Assembly (NCBI GenBank): GCA_036524215.1
Contig: DATDCR010000295.1
Span: 1 to 56,475 of the forward strand
Length of the DNA stretch: 56,475 nt
Reading direction: 5' to 3'
Origin: Burkholderiales bacterium
GTDB lineage: Bacteria > Pseudomonadota > Gammaproteobacteria > Burkholderiales > SG8-39
Within the stretch, counting starts at the first letter, position 1, and every line of letters begins with the position of its first letter. Shown piece by piece: positions 28,991-40,232 of the stretch. The notes below the pieces were generated by a model. That model saw only the letters and a list, made by a program, of their open reading frames with translations, did not search any database and was not told the DNA's origin. The position numbers and the translations under genes were made by a program.

Positions 28991-30299
28991 AGTAGCCCGC
29001 GACACGATCGCCGCCATTGCTACGCCGGCCGGTCGAGGCGGCATCGGCATCGTGCGAGTCTCGGGCCCCGCCGCAACAACGATCGCCAGCACCGTGGTCG
29101 GTGTCGTGCCCAAGCCTCGCGTCGCCACGTTGGCTCGCTTCAGGGATCGCAAAGGCGAGCCGGTGGACGAGGGGCTGGCGCTCTTTTTCGAATCTCCTCA
29201 CTCCTACACCGGCGAAGATGTCCTGGAGCTTCATGGCCACGGCGGCCCGGTGGTCATGCGCGAGTTGCTGCGCGCATGTCTGGACGCCGGCGCCCGCCTT
29301 GCCGAGCCGGGTGAGTTCACGCGGCGCGCTTTCCTGGATGGCCGACTCGACCTCGCACAAGCGGAGGCGGTAGCCGATCTCATCGATGCTTCCACACGCG
29401 AAGCGGCGCGCAGTGCGTTACGTTCCCTCAGTGGCGAGTTCTCGGCCGCCATTCAAGCTGTGCTCGAGCAGTTGGTCGAGCTACGCGCCCTTACGGAAGC
29501 GCAGCTCGATTTCCCCGAGGACGAAATCGATTCGCTGCATCGGGGGGACGCGACCCGGCGACTGGCCGCCGTGCGGGAAGCACTGGAGGCCGTCCTGATG
29601 AGAAGCCGGCGAGGCAGCCTTCTGCGCAGCGGCCTGCACGTTGTTCTGGCCGGCAGACCGAACGTCGGCAAGTCGAGCCTGCTCAATCGACTGGCCGGTG
29701 AAGAGCGGGCGATCGTGACGCCGATCGCGGGCACCACGCGCGACGCATTGCGAGAGCCGATCGAAATGGACGGCCTCGCGCTGGTGGTGGTCGATACGGC
29801 CGGGCTTCGGCCCTCGAGTGACGAGCTCGAGCGGCTCGGCATCGCGCGCACCCGGCACGAACTGGAGCGCGCGGACCTTGTCATCGCCGTGCACGAGGCT
29901 GGCAGCGATGAAGCAATCCCGGATCTGCCCGCGTGCGGCGCCGCGCGCCTCGATGTCTACAACAAAGTCGACCTGTATCCGGGCTTTCGCGTCCCCGCGG
30001 GCGCGCTCGCAGTGTCGGCGCGTACGGGGGACGGGCTCGACGAGATGCGCAAGGCGATTCTCGAAAAAGCCGGCTGGTCGATGAGCGGAGAATCCGCGTT
30101 TCTCGCGCGCGAGCGACATCTGCGCGCACTGAACATCGCCGCATCCCACCTTGCCGCGGCGGCCGGGGAAAGCGACCGTTGGGAGCTTTTTGCCGAGGAA
30201 TTGCGGCTTGCGCACGACGCGCTAGCCGGCATTACGGGGGCGTTCACGTCCGACGATCTGCTGGGCGAAATCTTCAGCCGCTTTTGTATCGGCAAGTGA
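28977..30299 (+). CDS. mnmE: tRNA uridine-5-carboxymethylaminomethyl modification GTPase
   Basis: 440-aa ORF. N-terminus DTIAAIATPAGRGGIGIVRVSG, G domain (GRPNVGKSSLLN, DTAG) and the C-terminal CIGK tetrapeptide. Confidence 0.95.
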   Translation: MRDGEVARDTIAAIATPAGRGGIGIVRVSGPAATTIASTVVGVVPKPRVATLARFRDRKGEPVDEGLALFFESPHSYTGEDVLELHGHGGPVVMRELLRACLDAGARLAEPGEFTRRAFLDGRLDLAQAEAVADLIDASTREAARSALRSLSGEFSAAIQAVLEQLVELRALTEAQLDFPEDEIDSLHRGDATRRLAAVREALEAVLMRSRRGSLLRSGLHVVLAGRPNVGKSSLLNRLAGEERAIVTPIAGTTRDALREPIEMDGLALVVVDTAGLRPSSDELERLGIARTRHELERADLVIAVHEAGSDEAIPDLPACGAARLDVYNKVDLYPGFRVPAGALAVSARTGDGLDEMRKAILEKAGWSMSGESAFLARERHLRALNIAASHLAAAAGESDRWELFAEELRLAHDALAGITGAFTSDDLLGEIFSRFCIGK

Positions 30300-30417
30300 A
30301 CCTTGCCGCCCCTAAGTAATTGAGCGTCAAGGAATTATCCAAACGGCGGTGGGGCGCTCAGACCGGTCGCCGAGCCACCGGTGCTAGAATCGCCGTCCGA
30401 ACTTTTCCGATCCCGCC

Positions 30418-30447
30418 GGCCCAGCCTCGCTGGGCCTTTGCCTTTTT
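30418..30447 (+). terminator. intrinsic terminator downstream of mnmE, abutting the pckG ribosome-binding site
   Basis: Stem ggcccagc (30418-30425) / gctgggcc (30429-30436) with a 3-nt loop, followed by tttgccttttt. ggag lies at 30448-30451 and the pckG ATG at 30461. Confidence 0.6.
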
Positions 30448-30460
30448 GGAGTCAGCGTAG

Positions 30461-32305
30461 ATGAATGCCCGTGCAACAGGGCCGAGCGGCCAGTTTCCTG
30501 CGCCCGAATGGGTGCGCCATCGCGGTCTGCGCGAGTGGGTTTCGCAGATCGCGAGCCTCGCCAAGCCGAGCCAGGTCGTCTGGTGCGACGGTTCGCAAGG
30601 TGAATACGACCGGCTGTGCGAAGAGCTGGTCGCGAACGGGACCTTCGTTCGCCTGAACGAAAAGCTGCGTCCCCATTCGTTTCTCGCGCGCTCGCATCCA
30701 AGCGACGTGGCTCGCATGGAAGACCGCACCTTCATCTGCAGCAAATCCAAAGAGGATGCGGGCCCCACAAATAATTGGGTCGATCCGGGCGAGATGCGAC
30801 GCACGCTCGACCGGCTTTTCGACGGCTGCATGCGTGGCCGCACGATGTATGTGGTGCCGTTCTCCATGGGGCCGATCGGCTCGCACATCGCTCAGATCGG
30901 TGTCGAGATCACCGATTCGGCATACGTCGCCGTGAGCATGCGCATCATGACCCGGATGGGCCGTCCGGTCGTCGACTGGCTGGGCGACGGCGGAAAGTTC
31001 GTGCCCTGCATCCATTCCGTCGGTGCGCCGCTCGCGCAGGGACAGAAAGACGTCGCCTGGCCCTGCAACGAACAGGAAAAATGGATCGTGCACTTCCCGG
31101 AGACGCGGGAGATCTGGTCGTATGGCTCGGGCTATGGCGGCAATGCGCTGCTCGGCAAGAAATGCCTGGCGTTACGTATCGCTTCGGTGATGGCGCACGA
31201 CGAAGGCTGGCTGGCCGAGCACATGCTTATCCTTGGCCTGCAGGCGCCCTCGGGGGAAAAGAGCTATATCGCCGCGGCGTTTCCCTCGGCGTGCGGCAAG
31301 ACGAACTTGGCGATGCTGATTCCGCCCGCGGCCCTCAACGGCTGGAAGGTGACCACGATCGGCGAAGATATCGCGTGGATCAAGCCCGGCGCCGACGGGC
31401 GCTTCTACGCCATCAATCCGGAGTACGGGCTCTTCGGCGTCGCGCCGGGCACCTCCGAGCAGACGAATCCCAACGCGATGAAGATGCTGCGTGAAGACGT
31501 CATCTTCACAAACGTCGCCATGACGCCGGAAGGTGATGTCTGGTGGGAAGGCATGACGGATCAGCCGCCGGCAAAACTTACTGACTGGCGGGGCAATCCC
31601 TGGACGCCGGAAGACGGCAAGCAAGGCCGCCTCGCCGCGCACCCGAACGCTCGCTTCACCGTCGCCGCGACCCACTGCCCGTCCATGGATGAGAAGTGGC
31701 AGGATCCGCAGGGCGTTCCCATCGCGGCGTTTCTGTTCGGCGGACGGCGCTCTTCCACGGTGCCGCTCGTCGTCGAGGCGCCGAGCTGGGAAGAGGGCGT
31801 GTACATGGCTGCGACGCTTGGCTCGGAAACCACCGCCGCGATCACCGGCAAAGTCGGCGTCGTGCGCCGCGATCCGATGGCGATGATCGCGTTCTGCGGC
31901 TACAACATGGGCGACTACTTCCAGCACTGGCTGAAAATGGGTGGCGCGGTCAAGCATCCGCCGCGCATCTTCCGCGTCAACTGGTTCCGTCGCGACGCGC
32001 ACGGCAAGTTCATCTGGCCCGGCTTCGGCGAGAACATGCGCGTCCTGCAGTGGGTAGTCGAGCGCTGCCAGGGAAAGGCGCAAGGCGTCGAAACGCCGCT
32101 CGGCATCATGCCGCGCTTCGAGGACCTCAACTGGAGAGGATTGACGCTGTCCGCTGCGCAGTACGCGGAGTTGACGCGCATCGATAGCGCCGCTTGGCAC
32201 GATGAGCTGAAGGCGCATGACGAGCTGTTCGAAAAGCTCGGCGCGCATTTGCCTGCGGCCCTCGACGCGAAGCGCGGCCGCATGCACGACAGCCTCGCGG
32301 CCTAG
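30461..32305 (+). CDS. pckG: phosphoenolpyruvate carboxykinase (GTP)
   Basis: 614-aa ORF. GTP-PEPCK motifs are present ([40 protein letters not shown]). Confidence 0.95.
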   Translation: MNARATGPSGQFPAPEWVRHRGLREWVSQIASLAKPSQVVWCDGSQGEYDRLCEELVANGTFVRLNEKLRPHSFLARSHPSDVARMEDRTFICSKSKEDAGPTNNWVDPGEMRRTLDRLFDGCMRGRTMYVVPFSMGPIGSHIAQIGVEITDSAYVAVSMRIMTRMGRPVVDWLGDGGKFVPCIHSVGAPLAQGQKDVAWPCNEQEKWIVHFPETREIWSYGSGYGGNALLGKKCLALRIASVMAHDEGWLAEHMLILGLQAPSGEKSYIAAAFPSACGKTNLAMLIPPAALNGWKVTTIGEDIAWIKPGADGRFYAINPEYGLFGVAPGTSEQTNPNAMKMLREDVIFTNVAMTPEGDVWWEGMTDQPPAKLTDWRGNPWTPEDGKQGRLAAHPNARFTVAATHCPSMDEKWQDPQGVPIAAFLFGGRRSSTVPLVVEAPSWEEGVYMAATLGSETTAAITGKVGVVRRDPMAMIAFCGYNMGDYFQHWLKMGGAVKHPPRIFRVNWFRRDAHGKFIWPGFGENMRVLQWVVERCQGKAQGVETPLGIMPRFEDLNWRGLTLSAAQYAELTRIDSAAWHDELKAHDELFEKLGAHLPAALDAKRGRMHDSLAA

Positions 32306-33483
32306 CGTCGGTCGAGCGCGAAAGCGAAAAGCGCTGCCGTCGCCGCTGCCATTCCGGCGACATAGAAGGCGGCGCTTGAGCTCCGCCATTCGATCAGCAT
32401 GCCGCCGCAGGCCATTCCTACGCCAACGCCCGCAAGCAAGGCGGTCGTTGACCAAGTGAACGCTTCTGTCGTGTGAGCGGCATTCGCCATCTTGGCGACA
32501 AGCATCGATTGAATGATCAATGCCGGCGCCATGACGACGCCGGCGAGCACGCACAAAGCCGAAAAGCCGATGCTGGACCATGGCGCGCCCAGCAGCGCGA
32601 GCCCAGCGCCCATCAGCGCGAGCATCAGCCCAAACTGCCGTAGCAGAGGGGCGTGCCACCCGCGGCTGCCATAGAGGAGGCCGCCGCTCGCGCTTCCCGC
32701 GCTCATGAGGCCGAGAAACAATCCGGCAAGCGCTTTGATGCCGCCCTCCGCAGCGTATGCCGCTACGCCGATCTCGGAAAGTCCAAACGCGATGGCATAG
32801 CAGGCGACGATCCCCATTAAAGCGACGAACCGCTTTTCTCCGAGCGGGCCAAGGAGCGTTGTGTCGCGCCGCGGTTCGATGCGCCAGGCGGCCAATGCCG
32901 GCGAACGCCAAAATAGCAGTGCCCCGATGAGACCGCTTGCGCCCGCGAACCAGACGGCCATATCAGCGCCTGATAGTGCAAACAGCAGGGCGACGAGCAA
33001 AGGCCCGACGATGAATACGAGTTCGATGAGGATGGAATCGACGGAGTAGGCGGTCGCAAGCCGCGCTTCATCGCCGATGCGCTGACGAAGGTAAGTGCGC
33101 ATGCAGACCGTGATCGGGGGAAAGCTGGCGCCGCCGGCAAAGGCGCACGTCATGATCACGGGCTGAGACATCGCCTGCGCCACGGCCACCACGAGGGCCG
33201 CGAGTGATGTGGGAAACAATAAAGCGCACACCACAAGCGGAAGACGAGGGCCATGGCGGTCAATGATCCGGCCGATGGCGGGCGCGACGCCGGCGAGTCC
33301 GGCGACATAGGAGCCGGTCGCGGCCCCGCCGGCGGCGAAGGAATCGCTCGGGCCCTGCACGAGCAAGAGCACCGCCAAGCCCGTCATGCCAATCGGCAAT
33401 CGCCCGATGAGCGAGGCCGCGAATAGATAACGAATGTGGCGATCGGATAGCAGCTGCACGTAAGGCGCGAGCGTTACGGTCAT
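32302..33483 (-). CDS. MFS transporter
   Basis: 393-aa ORF, hydrophobic throughout, with roughly 12 predicted TM segments and an MFS-like loop motif ([10 protein letters not shown]). Confidence 0.8.
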   Translation of the reverse strand: MTVTLAPYVQLLSDRHIRYLFAASLIGRLPIGMTGLAVLLLVQGPSDSFAAGGAATGSYVAGLAGVAPAIGRIIDRHGPRLPLVVCALLFPTSLAALVVAVAQAMSQPVIMTCAFAGGASFPPITVCMRTYLRQRIGDEARLATAYSVDSILIELVFIVGPLLVALLFALSGADMAVWFAGASGLIGALLFWRSPALAAWRIEPRRDTTLLGPLGEKRFVALMGIVACYAIAFGLSEIGVAAYAAEGGIKALAGLFLGLMSAGSASGGLLYGSRGWHAPLLRQFGLMLALMGAGLALLGAPWSSIGFSALCVLAGVVMAPALIIQSMLVAKMANAAHTTEAFTWSTTALLAGVGVGMACGGMLIEWRSSSAAFYVAGMAAATAALFAFALDRR

Positions 33484-33510
33484 GCTTTGGTGCAGCGCAG
33501 CAAATGGTGA

Positions 33511-33526
33511 TGTTCCACGTGAAACC
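33511..33526. promoter_or_regulatory. parS-like centromere site
   Basis: TGTTCCACGTGAAACC matches the TGTTNCACGTGAAACA consensus at 15 of 16 positions. It lies in the MFS/mnmG intergenic region, 2.5 kb upstream of parAB. Confidence 0.6.
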
Positions 33527-33564
33527 TACAACGAACTGTCGGCTTCAGAAGCCGCTCGCGTAGA

Positions 33565-35412
33565 ATGCCGCCTCCCATGAGGTTTGCTTCGGAATTCGAC
33601 GTCATTGTCGTCGGCGGCGGCCATGCTGGCACAGAGGCCGCGCTCGCATCGGCGCGCATGGGCCTAAGCACGCTGTTGCTTACCCATAGCGTCGAAACGC
33701 TCGGGCAGATGTCCTGCAATCCGTCGATCGGCGGGATCGGGAAAGGCCATCTCGTGAAGGAGGTGGACGCCTTGGGCGGGGCGATGGCGCTGGCGACCGA
33801 CGAAGCCGGCATCCAATTCCGCACCCTCAACGCATCGAAGGGCCCTGCGGTACGAGCGACCCGGGCGCAGGCCGATCGCGCGCTTTACCGGCAAGCGATC
33901 CGTCGTCGGTTGGAGAACCAGCCGAATCTCCTCATCGTCCAGCAGGCAGTCGATGACGTGCTTGTTTCCGGCGAGCGCGTGTTTGGCGTCGTGACCCAGC
34001 TCGGCGTGCGGTTTCTCGGCAAGACCGTCGTGCTCACCGCGGGTACCTTTCTAGGTGGTCTGGTGCACGTCGGCTTGGAGAGCCACACCGCCGGTCGCGC
34101 TGGCGACCCCGCCGCGACTACGCTGGCGGCGCGTCTGCGCGAACTCAGGCTGCCCGCTGGCCGGCTCAAGACGGGAACGCCTCCGCGGCTAGATGCGCGC
34201 ACGGTCGACCTCAGCGTGATGGACATTCAGCCCGGAGATTCGCCCGAGCCGGTCTTCTCTTTCCTTGGGGATCGCTCGATGCACCCCGAGCAGCGTCCAT
34301 GCTGGATCACGCACACGAATGAACGTACGCACGAGATCATCCGGGCGGGCCTCGACCGCTCACCGATGTTCACGGGGGTGATCCAAGGCGTCGGCCCGCG
34401 TTACTGCCCTTCGATCGAAGACAAGATTCATCGCTTTGCCGGCAAGGCGAGTCATCAGATTTTCATCGAGCCCGAGAGCCTCACGACCAACGAGCTCTAC
34501 CCGAATGGAATCTCGACCAGCTTGCCTTTCGACGTGCAGCTCGAGCTGGTGCACTCGATCCGCGGACTCGAGCATGCGCACCTGGTCCGCCCCGGCTACG
34601 CCATCGAATACGACTTCTTCGACCCGCGCAATCTGCGCGCATCGCTGGAAACGAAGTCGCTCCGAGGGCTGTTTTTCGCCGGTCAAATCAACGGGACGAC
34701 GGGCTACGAAGAAGCCGCCGCGCAAGGACTTCTCGCCGGCCTGAACGCCGGTCTCCAGGCCAACGGAGAGGCACCTTGGCACCCCGCGCGGGACGAGGCG
34801 TACCTCGGCGTCCTGGTGGACGATCTCGTGACCCGCGGCGTTTCCGAGCCGTACCGGATGTTCACAAGCCGGGCCGAGTACCGTCTGCAGTTGCGCGAAG
34901 ACAATGCCGACCTGAGGCTGACTGAGACCGGCCGGCGGCTTGGGCTCGTCGATGACCGCCGATGGGAGGCATTCAATCGCAAGCGCGACGCAATCGGCAA
35001 GGAAGTCGCGCGGCTTTCTATGGTGTTTGTAAGCACTGGCTCTCATGAAAAGGTAAGGGCTATAGACGCGCTTCGTCGTCCGGAGGTCACTTACGCTAGC
35101 TTGGCCGTAACGAGCCCTGCACCAGCGGAAGTCGCGGAGCAGGTCGCGATCCAGGTCAAGTACGAGGGGTACATCGAGCGCCAGCATCGCGAGATCGCGC
35201 GGCGGCGCGAGCTCGAAACGCTGCCGCTGCCGCCGGAGCTGGATTACCGGGAAGTGCGCGGGCTGTCGATCGAGGCGCAACAGAAATTGAGCCGCTACAA
35301 GCCGGAGACCATCGGGCAGGCGTCCCGCATTTCGGGGATCACGCCAGCCGCAATATCGCTCCTGCTCGTGCACCTGAAGCGCGCATTTCCGCCGTCGCAG
35401 AAAACGGCATGA
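33565..35412 (+). CDS. mnmG: tRNA uridine 5-carboxymethylaminomethyl modification enzyme MnmG (GidA)
   Basis: 615-aa ORF. FAD-binding N-terminus [16 protein letters not shown]. The start could be ATG 33577 instead. Confidence 0.95.
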   Translation: MPPPMRFASEFDVIVVGGGHAGTEAALASARMGLSTLLLTHSVETLGQMSCNPSIGGIGKGHLVKEVDALGGAMALATDEAGIQFRTLNASKGPAVRATRAQADRALYRQAIRRRLENQPNLLIVQQAVDDVLVSGERVFGVVTQLGVRFLGKTVVLTAGTFLGGLVHVGLESHTAGRAGDPAATTLAARLRELRLPAGRLKTGTPPRLDARTVDLSVMDIQPGDSPEPVFSFLGDRSMHPEQRPCWITHTNERTHEIIRAGLDRSPMFTGVIQGVGPRYCPSIEDKIHRFAGKASHQIFIEPESLTTNELYPNGISTSLPFDVQLELVHSIRGLEHAHLVRPGYAIEYDFFDPRNLRASLETKSLRGLFFAGQINGTTGYEEAAAQGLLAGLNAGLQANGEAPWHPARDEAYLGVLVDDLVTRGVSEPYRMFTSRAEYRLQLREDNADLRLTETGRRLGLVDDRRWEAFNRKRDAIGKEVARLSMVFVSTGSHEKVRAIDALRRPEVTYASLAVTSPAPAEVAEQVAIQVKYEGYIERQHREIARRRELETLPLPPELDYREVRGLSIEAQQKLSRYKPETIGQASRISGITPAAISLLLVHLKRAFPPSQKTA

Positions 35413-36047
35413 CGCCACGCCTGGCGCTCGAGCGCGGCGTAGAGGAGCTCGCTCTCGCGTTGCCGGCGAGCGCTTGCGAAACGCTGCTGAGCTATCTCGC
35501 GCTGCTCGGCAAATGGAACCGCACCTACAACCTCACCGCGATCCGCGACCCGCTCGCCATGGTCAGCCAGCATCTGCTCGACTCGCTGGCGGTCGTTCCG
35601 CATCTGCCTTTCGCCAACGTCGATGCTCGAGTGGCCGACGCGGGATCCGGGGCCGGGCTCCCGGGAATACCGCTCGCTGTAGCTCGGCCGCAATGGCACA
35701 TTTCGCTGGTTGAATCGAACGAAAAGAAGGCGGCATTCCTTCGCCAAGCCGCCATTGAGCTCGGTATTGCCAATATCGAAGTGCACGAAGGCCGCGTCGA
35801 AGCATGGCGTCCCGCCAAGGCGTTTGCCCTGGTGATCTCCCGCGCGTTCGCGGAGCTCGCGGATTTCATCGCCAGCTGCCGGCATCTACTCGCGCCCAAC
35901 GGCATCTTCGCCGCCATGAAGGGGAAGGACCCGCGCGCCGAAATCGGACGTCTGCCCGCCGATGTGCGTTGCCGAGAGACGATGCGGCTGAATGTCCCGT
36001 TCATGGATGCCGAAAGACATCTCGTGCTCTGCGAGCTGCAAGCGTGA
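35409..36047 (+). CDS. rsmG: 16S rRNA (guanine527-N7)-methyltransferase
   Basis: 212-aa ORF with an ATGA overlap onto mnmG. GidB pattern ([31 protein letters not shown]). Confidence 0.9.
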   Translation: MTPRLALERGVEELALALPASACETLLSYLALLGKWNRTYNLTAIRDPLAMVSQHLLDSLAVVPHLPFANVDARVADAGSGAGLPGIPLAVARPQWHISLVESNEKKAAFLRQAAIELGIANIEVHEGRVEAWRPAKAFALVISRAFAELADFIASCRHLLAPNGIFAAMKGKDPRAEIGRLPADVRCRETMRLNVPFMDAERHLVLCELQA

Positions 36048-36817
36048 GCGCGCCTCGCGTCCTCGCGGTCGTCAATCAGAAGGGCGGCGTCGGCAAGACC
36101 ACGACCAGCGTGAATCTGGCCGCGGCGCTCGCCAAATCCGAGCGTCGCGTGCTGCTCGTCGATCTCGATCCGCAGGGCAATGCCACGATGGGAAGCGGCG
36201 TCGACAAGCGCAATGCCGCGCGCACCGTTTATCACGTGCTGCTCGGCTTGTGCGAGCTCCCCGCTGCGCGCGTTCGCGTGGAACGGGCGGGCTTCGACCT
36301 GGTGCCGGCGAACCGCGAGCTCGCCGGTGCGGAAGTCGAGCTGGTCGAACTGCCGGGGCGGGAAATGCGCCTGAAAACGGCGCTCGAGCGGGTGCTGGAC
36401 GAGTACGATTTCGTGCTCATCGACTGTCCTCCCTCTCTCAGCCTGCTTACGGTCAATGCGCTGACCGCGGCGGAGCGCGTTCTCATCCCGATGCAGTGCG
36501 AGTACTACGCGCTGGAGGGCTTGTCCGATCTGGTCGCCACGATCAAGCGCGTTCGTGCGCACCTCAACCCAAATCTCGAGATCGCCGGCCTGTTGCGCAC
36601 GATGTACGACCCCCGCAACACGCTCTCGCAACAGGTGTCGCAGCAACTCGAGGCGCACTTCGGCGAGAAGGTGTACCGCACACTCGTCCCGCGCAACGTG
36701 CGGCTGGCCGAAGCGCCGAGCTACGGCGTACCGGCGGTACTGTGGGACGCCAGTTCGAAAGGCGCGCAGGCCTACGTTGCGCTGGCGCACGAAATCCTCG
36801 AGCGAGCCGCGGCGTGA
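36044..36817 (+). CDS. parA: chromosome partitioning ATPase ParA
   Basis: In-frame tail of ORF 35804..36817. GTG 36044 overlaps the rsmG TGA. Deviant Walker A VVNQKGGVGKTTTSVNLA. Confidence 0.9.
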   Translation: MSAPRVLAVVNQKGGVGKTTTSVNLAAALAKSERRVLLVDLDPQGNATMGSGVDKRNAARTVYHVLLGLCELPAARVRVERAGFDLVPANRELAGAEVELVELPGREMRLKTALERVLDEYDFVLIDCPPSLSLLTVNALTAAERVLIPMQCEYYALEGLSDLVATIKRVRAHLNPNLEIAGLLRTMYDPRNTLSQQVSQQLEAHFGEKVYRTLVPRNVRLAEAPSYGVPAVLWDASSKGAQAYVALAHEILERAAA

Positions 36818-37644
36818 AGGCAAAGGGACTGGGCCGCGGGCTGGACGCGCTCCTCGGCGCAGACGAGCCGCGGCGCGAGACGCTGGGCACCATCGAGACG
36901 GCGCGAATCCGGCCGGGGCGGTATCAGCCTCGGACGCGCATGGATGAACAGGCTCTCGCCGAGCTGGCGCAGTCGATTCGCAGCCAGGGACTTCTGCAAC
37001 CGCTCGTCGTGAGGCCCGTCGACTCCGGCTACGAGCTGATTGCCGGCGAGCGCCGCTGGCGCGCCGCGCAAATGGCCGGCCTGGCCGAAGTGCCTGCCAT
37101 CGTGCGCGAGGTGCCGGACGAGGCGGCAATGGTCATGGCGCTCATCGAGAACATCCAGCGCGAAGACCTGAACCCGATTGAAGAGGCGGCCGGGGTGCAG
37201 CGCCTGATCGACGAGTTCAAGATGACGCACGAGCAGGCGGCGGACGCGGTCGGCCGCTCGCGCAGCGCCACCACCAATCTCCTGCGCCTGCTGCGTCTGC
37301 CGAAGCCAGTGCAGGAAATGTTGATGCGCGGGCAAATCGAGATGGGGCACGCCCGAGCGCTGCTCGCGCTCGACGGCGCGCGGCAGGTCGAGCTGGCGAA
37401 CCGCGTGGCGGCAAAAGGACTTTCCGTGCGCGAGGCCGAGACGCTGGTGCAAGGCGCGCTGCGCGGCCCGGCGCAGCGGCGCAAGAAGAAAACCGATCGC
37501 GATCTCGCCCGCCTCGAAGAGGAATTGTCCGAGCGGCTGGGCACCACGGTGCAGATCCATCCGACGCGCAAAGGCCGCGGCACGCTGGTCGTGCATTACT
37601 CGAACCTCGACCACCTCGACCAGCTCCTGAAGCGCTTGAAGTGA
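36814..37644 (+). CDS. parB: chromosome partitioning protein ParB
   Basis: In-frame tail of ORF 35992..37644. GTG 36814 overlaps the parA TGA. ParB boxes are present (GLGRGLDALL, LIAGERRWRAAQMAGL, ENIQREDLNPIEEA). Confidence 0.9.
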   Translation: MKAKGLGRGLDALLGADEPRRETLGTIETARIRPGRYQPRTRMDEQALAELAQSIRSQGLLQPLVVRPVDSGYELIAGERRWRAAQMAGLAEVPAIVREVPDEAAMVMALIENIQREDLNPIEEAAGVQRLIDEFKMTHEQAADAVGRSRSATTNLLRLLRLPKPVQEMLMRGQIEMGHARALLALDGARQVELANRVAAKGLSVREAETLVQGALRGPAQRRKKKTDRDLARLEEELSERLGTTVQIHPTRKGRGTLVVHYSNLDHLDQLLKRLK

Positions 37645-38066
37645 TGCAGTTGCGCTATACTGCCGCGGCTTTGCGGGGTGCGGGGAATTCGAACGCCATG
37701 CTTCGCCACCTCACAAAGCCGGTCCTCACTGTCCTGAGATGGCAGCTCGCGGCAACGGCAGTGCTTGCAGCGGTCGCCGGGCTGATCTACGGCAGGCACG
37801 GAGCGGCATCGGCGCTTGCAGGCGGCTTGATCAGCATCATCGCCGGCCTCGCCTCGGCGCTGGTCGCTTCGCTGGGCAGCGCGAAGTCCGCGGGGGGAAT
37901 CGTGTTGGGGGCGTTGCGCGCCGAGCTGGTCAAGGTCGGCCTTGCGGTCCTGCTGCTGTGGCTCGTCCTGATGACCTACAGCAACGCAGTCGTGGGGGCC
38001 CTGATCGCGGCTTTCGCGCTGACGATACTGATTTTTGCCATGGCGTTTTTTGTGCGCGACTACTAG
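37641..38066 (+). CDS. atpI: ATP synthase protein I
   Basis: 141-aa hydrophobic ORF directly upstream of atpB. The start is uncertain: GTG 37641 overlaps the parB stop, or ATG 37698 could be used. Confidence 0.65.
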   Translation: MMQLRYTAAALRGAGNSNAMLRHLTKPVLTVLRWQLAATAVLAAVAGLIYGRHGAASALAGGLISIIAGLASALVASLGSAKSAGGIVLGALRAELVKVGLAVLLLWLVLMTYSNAVVGALIAAFALTILIFAMAFFVRDY

Positions 38067-38074
38067 TCCGATAA

Positions 38075-39197
<1,123 letters not shown>

Positions 39198-39215
39198 AGC
39201 CGCAGGAGAGGTCGC

Positions 39216-39686
39216 ATGAACCTCAATCTGACGCTCATCGCTCAAGCGGTGAGCTTTACGGTCTTCATCTGGTTCACGGTGAAGTTCGTGTGGCCGCACA
39301 TGCTACGCGCCATCGAGACGCGCCAGAAGACCATCGCCGACGGGCTGGCGGCCGCAGAGCAGGGGCGCCGCTCGCTGGAGCTCTCCGCGCGCCAGGCCGA
39401 CGATGCGGTGAAAGAAGCGCGCAGCCGCGCAAGCGAGATCCTCGCGCAGGCTGAGAAGCGGGCCGCACAGCTGATCGATGAGGCGCGCGGAGCAGCCAAG
39501 GAAGAAGGCAATCGCGAGAAAGCCGCGGCCAAGGCGGAAATCGAGCAGGAAGTGACGCGTGCCCGTGAGCAGCTGCGCGACCGGGTCGCATCGCTGGCCG
39601 TTGCCGGCGCCGAAAAGATCCTGCGCCGCGAAGTCGATGCGCGCGCGCACGGCGATCTGCTCGAATCCATCAAGCGGCAACTCTAG
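39216..39686 (+). CDS. atpF: F0F1 ATP synthase subunit b
   Basis: 156-aa ORF. N-terminal TM segment followed by a long charged helix. Confidence 0.9.
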   Translation: MNLNLTLIAQAVSFTVFIWFTVKFVWPHMLRAIETRQKTIADGLAAAEQGRRSLELSARQADDAVKEARSRASEILAQAEKRAAQLIDEARGAAKEEGNREKAAAKAEIEQEVTRAREQLRDRVASLAVAGAEKILRREVDARAHGDLLESIKRQL

Positions 39687-40223
39687 ATGGCCGAGCCGAG
39701 CACCGTAGCCCGTCCCTACGCCGAAGCGGCCTTCAGGCTCGCCGACGATAGCGGTGCGCTCGGGCGCTGGGCCGACATGCTGGCGGACCTGGCGCTGGTC
39801 GCGCAGGACGCCCGGGTGGCCGCAGCCGTCGGCGACCCGAACCTGAGCGAGGCGCAGATCGCCGGCCTGTTCATTTCCGTCCTGGCGGGCAAGCTGACCG
39901 GCGAAGCCGAGAACTTCGTTCGCGTCCTGGCGCACAACGACCGCCTGCGGCTGCTGCCGGAAATCCGCCAGCAATTCGAGGCGCTCAAGAATGAACGCGA
40001 AGGCGTAGTGCAGGCGGAAGTCCTCTCCGCTTTCGAGCTCAGCGAAGCGCAGCTGCGCGACCTCGTGCAGCGGCTCGAGAAGAAGACCGGCCGCAAGGTC
40101 AATGCGCGCGTCTCGCTGGATCGCGAGCTGATCGGCGGTGTGAAGATCGTCCTCGGCGACAAGATTATCGACGGATCCGCGCGTGCGCAGCTCGGCGCGC
40201 TCGAGTCCGCATTGAAAGCTTAA
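39687..40223 (+). CDS. atpH: F0F1 ATP synthase subunit delta
   Basis: 178-aa ORF at the conserved operon position. OSCP-like N-terminus (VARPYAEAAF). Confidence 0.9.
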   Translation: MAEPSTVARPYAEAAFRLADDSGALGRWADMLADLALVAQDARVAAAVGDPNLSEAQIAGLFISVLAGKLTGEAENFVRVLAHNDRLRLLPEIRQQFEALKNEREGVVQAEVLSAFELSEAQLRDLVQRLEKKTGRKVNARVSLDRELIGGVKIVLGDKIIDGSARAQLGALESALKA

Positions 40224-40232
40224 GGAGCAGTC

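Noticed and set aside
30335-30343. DnaA-box-like TTATCCAAA downstream of mnmE
   Set aside because: It is a single 1-mismatch 9-mer with no neighbouring boxes or AT-rich element. A match like this is expected by chance in 56 kb.
31172-32911. 579-aa minus-strand ORF overlapping pckG and running out of frame through the MFS gene
   Set aside because: It is antisense to a clear GTP-PEPCK and out of frame with the credible MFS reading frame. It has Arg-rich junk composition.
35525-37129. 534-aa minus-strand ORF across rsmG-parA-parB
   Set aside because: It is antisense to three conserved genes, has no domain signature and shows extreme Arg/Ala/Pro/Ser content.
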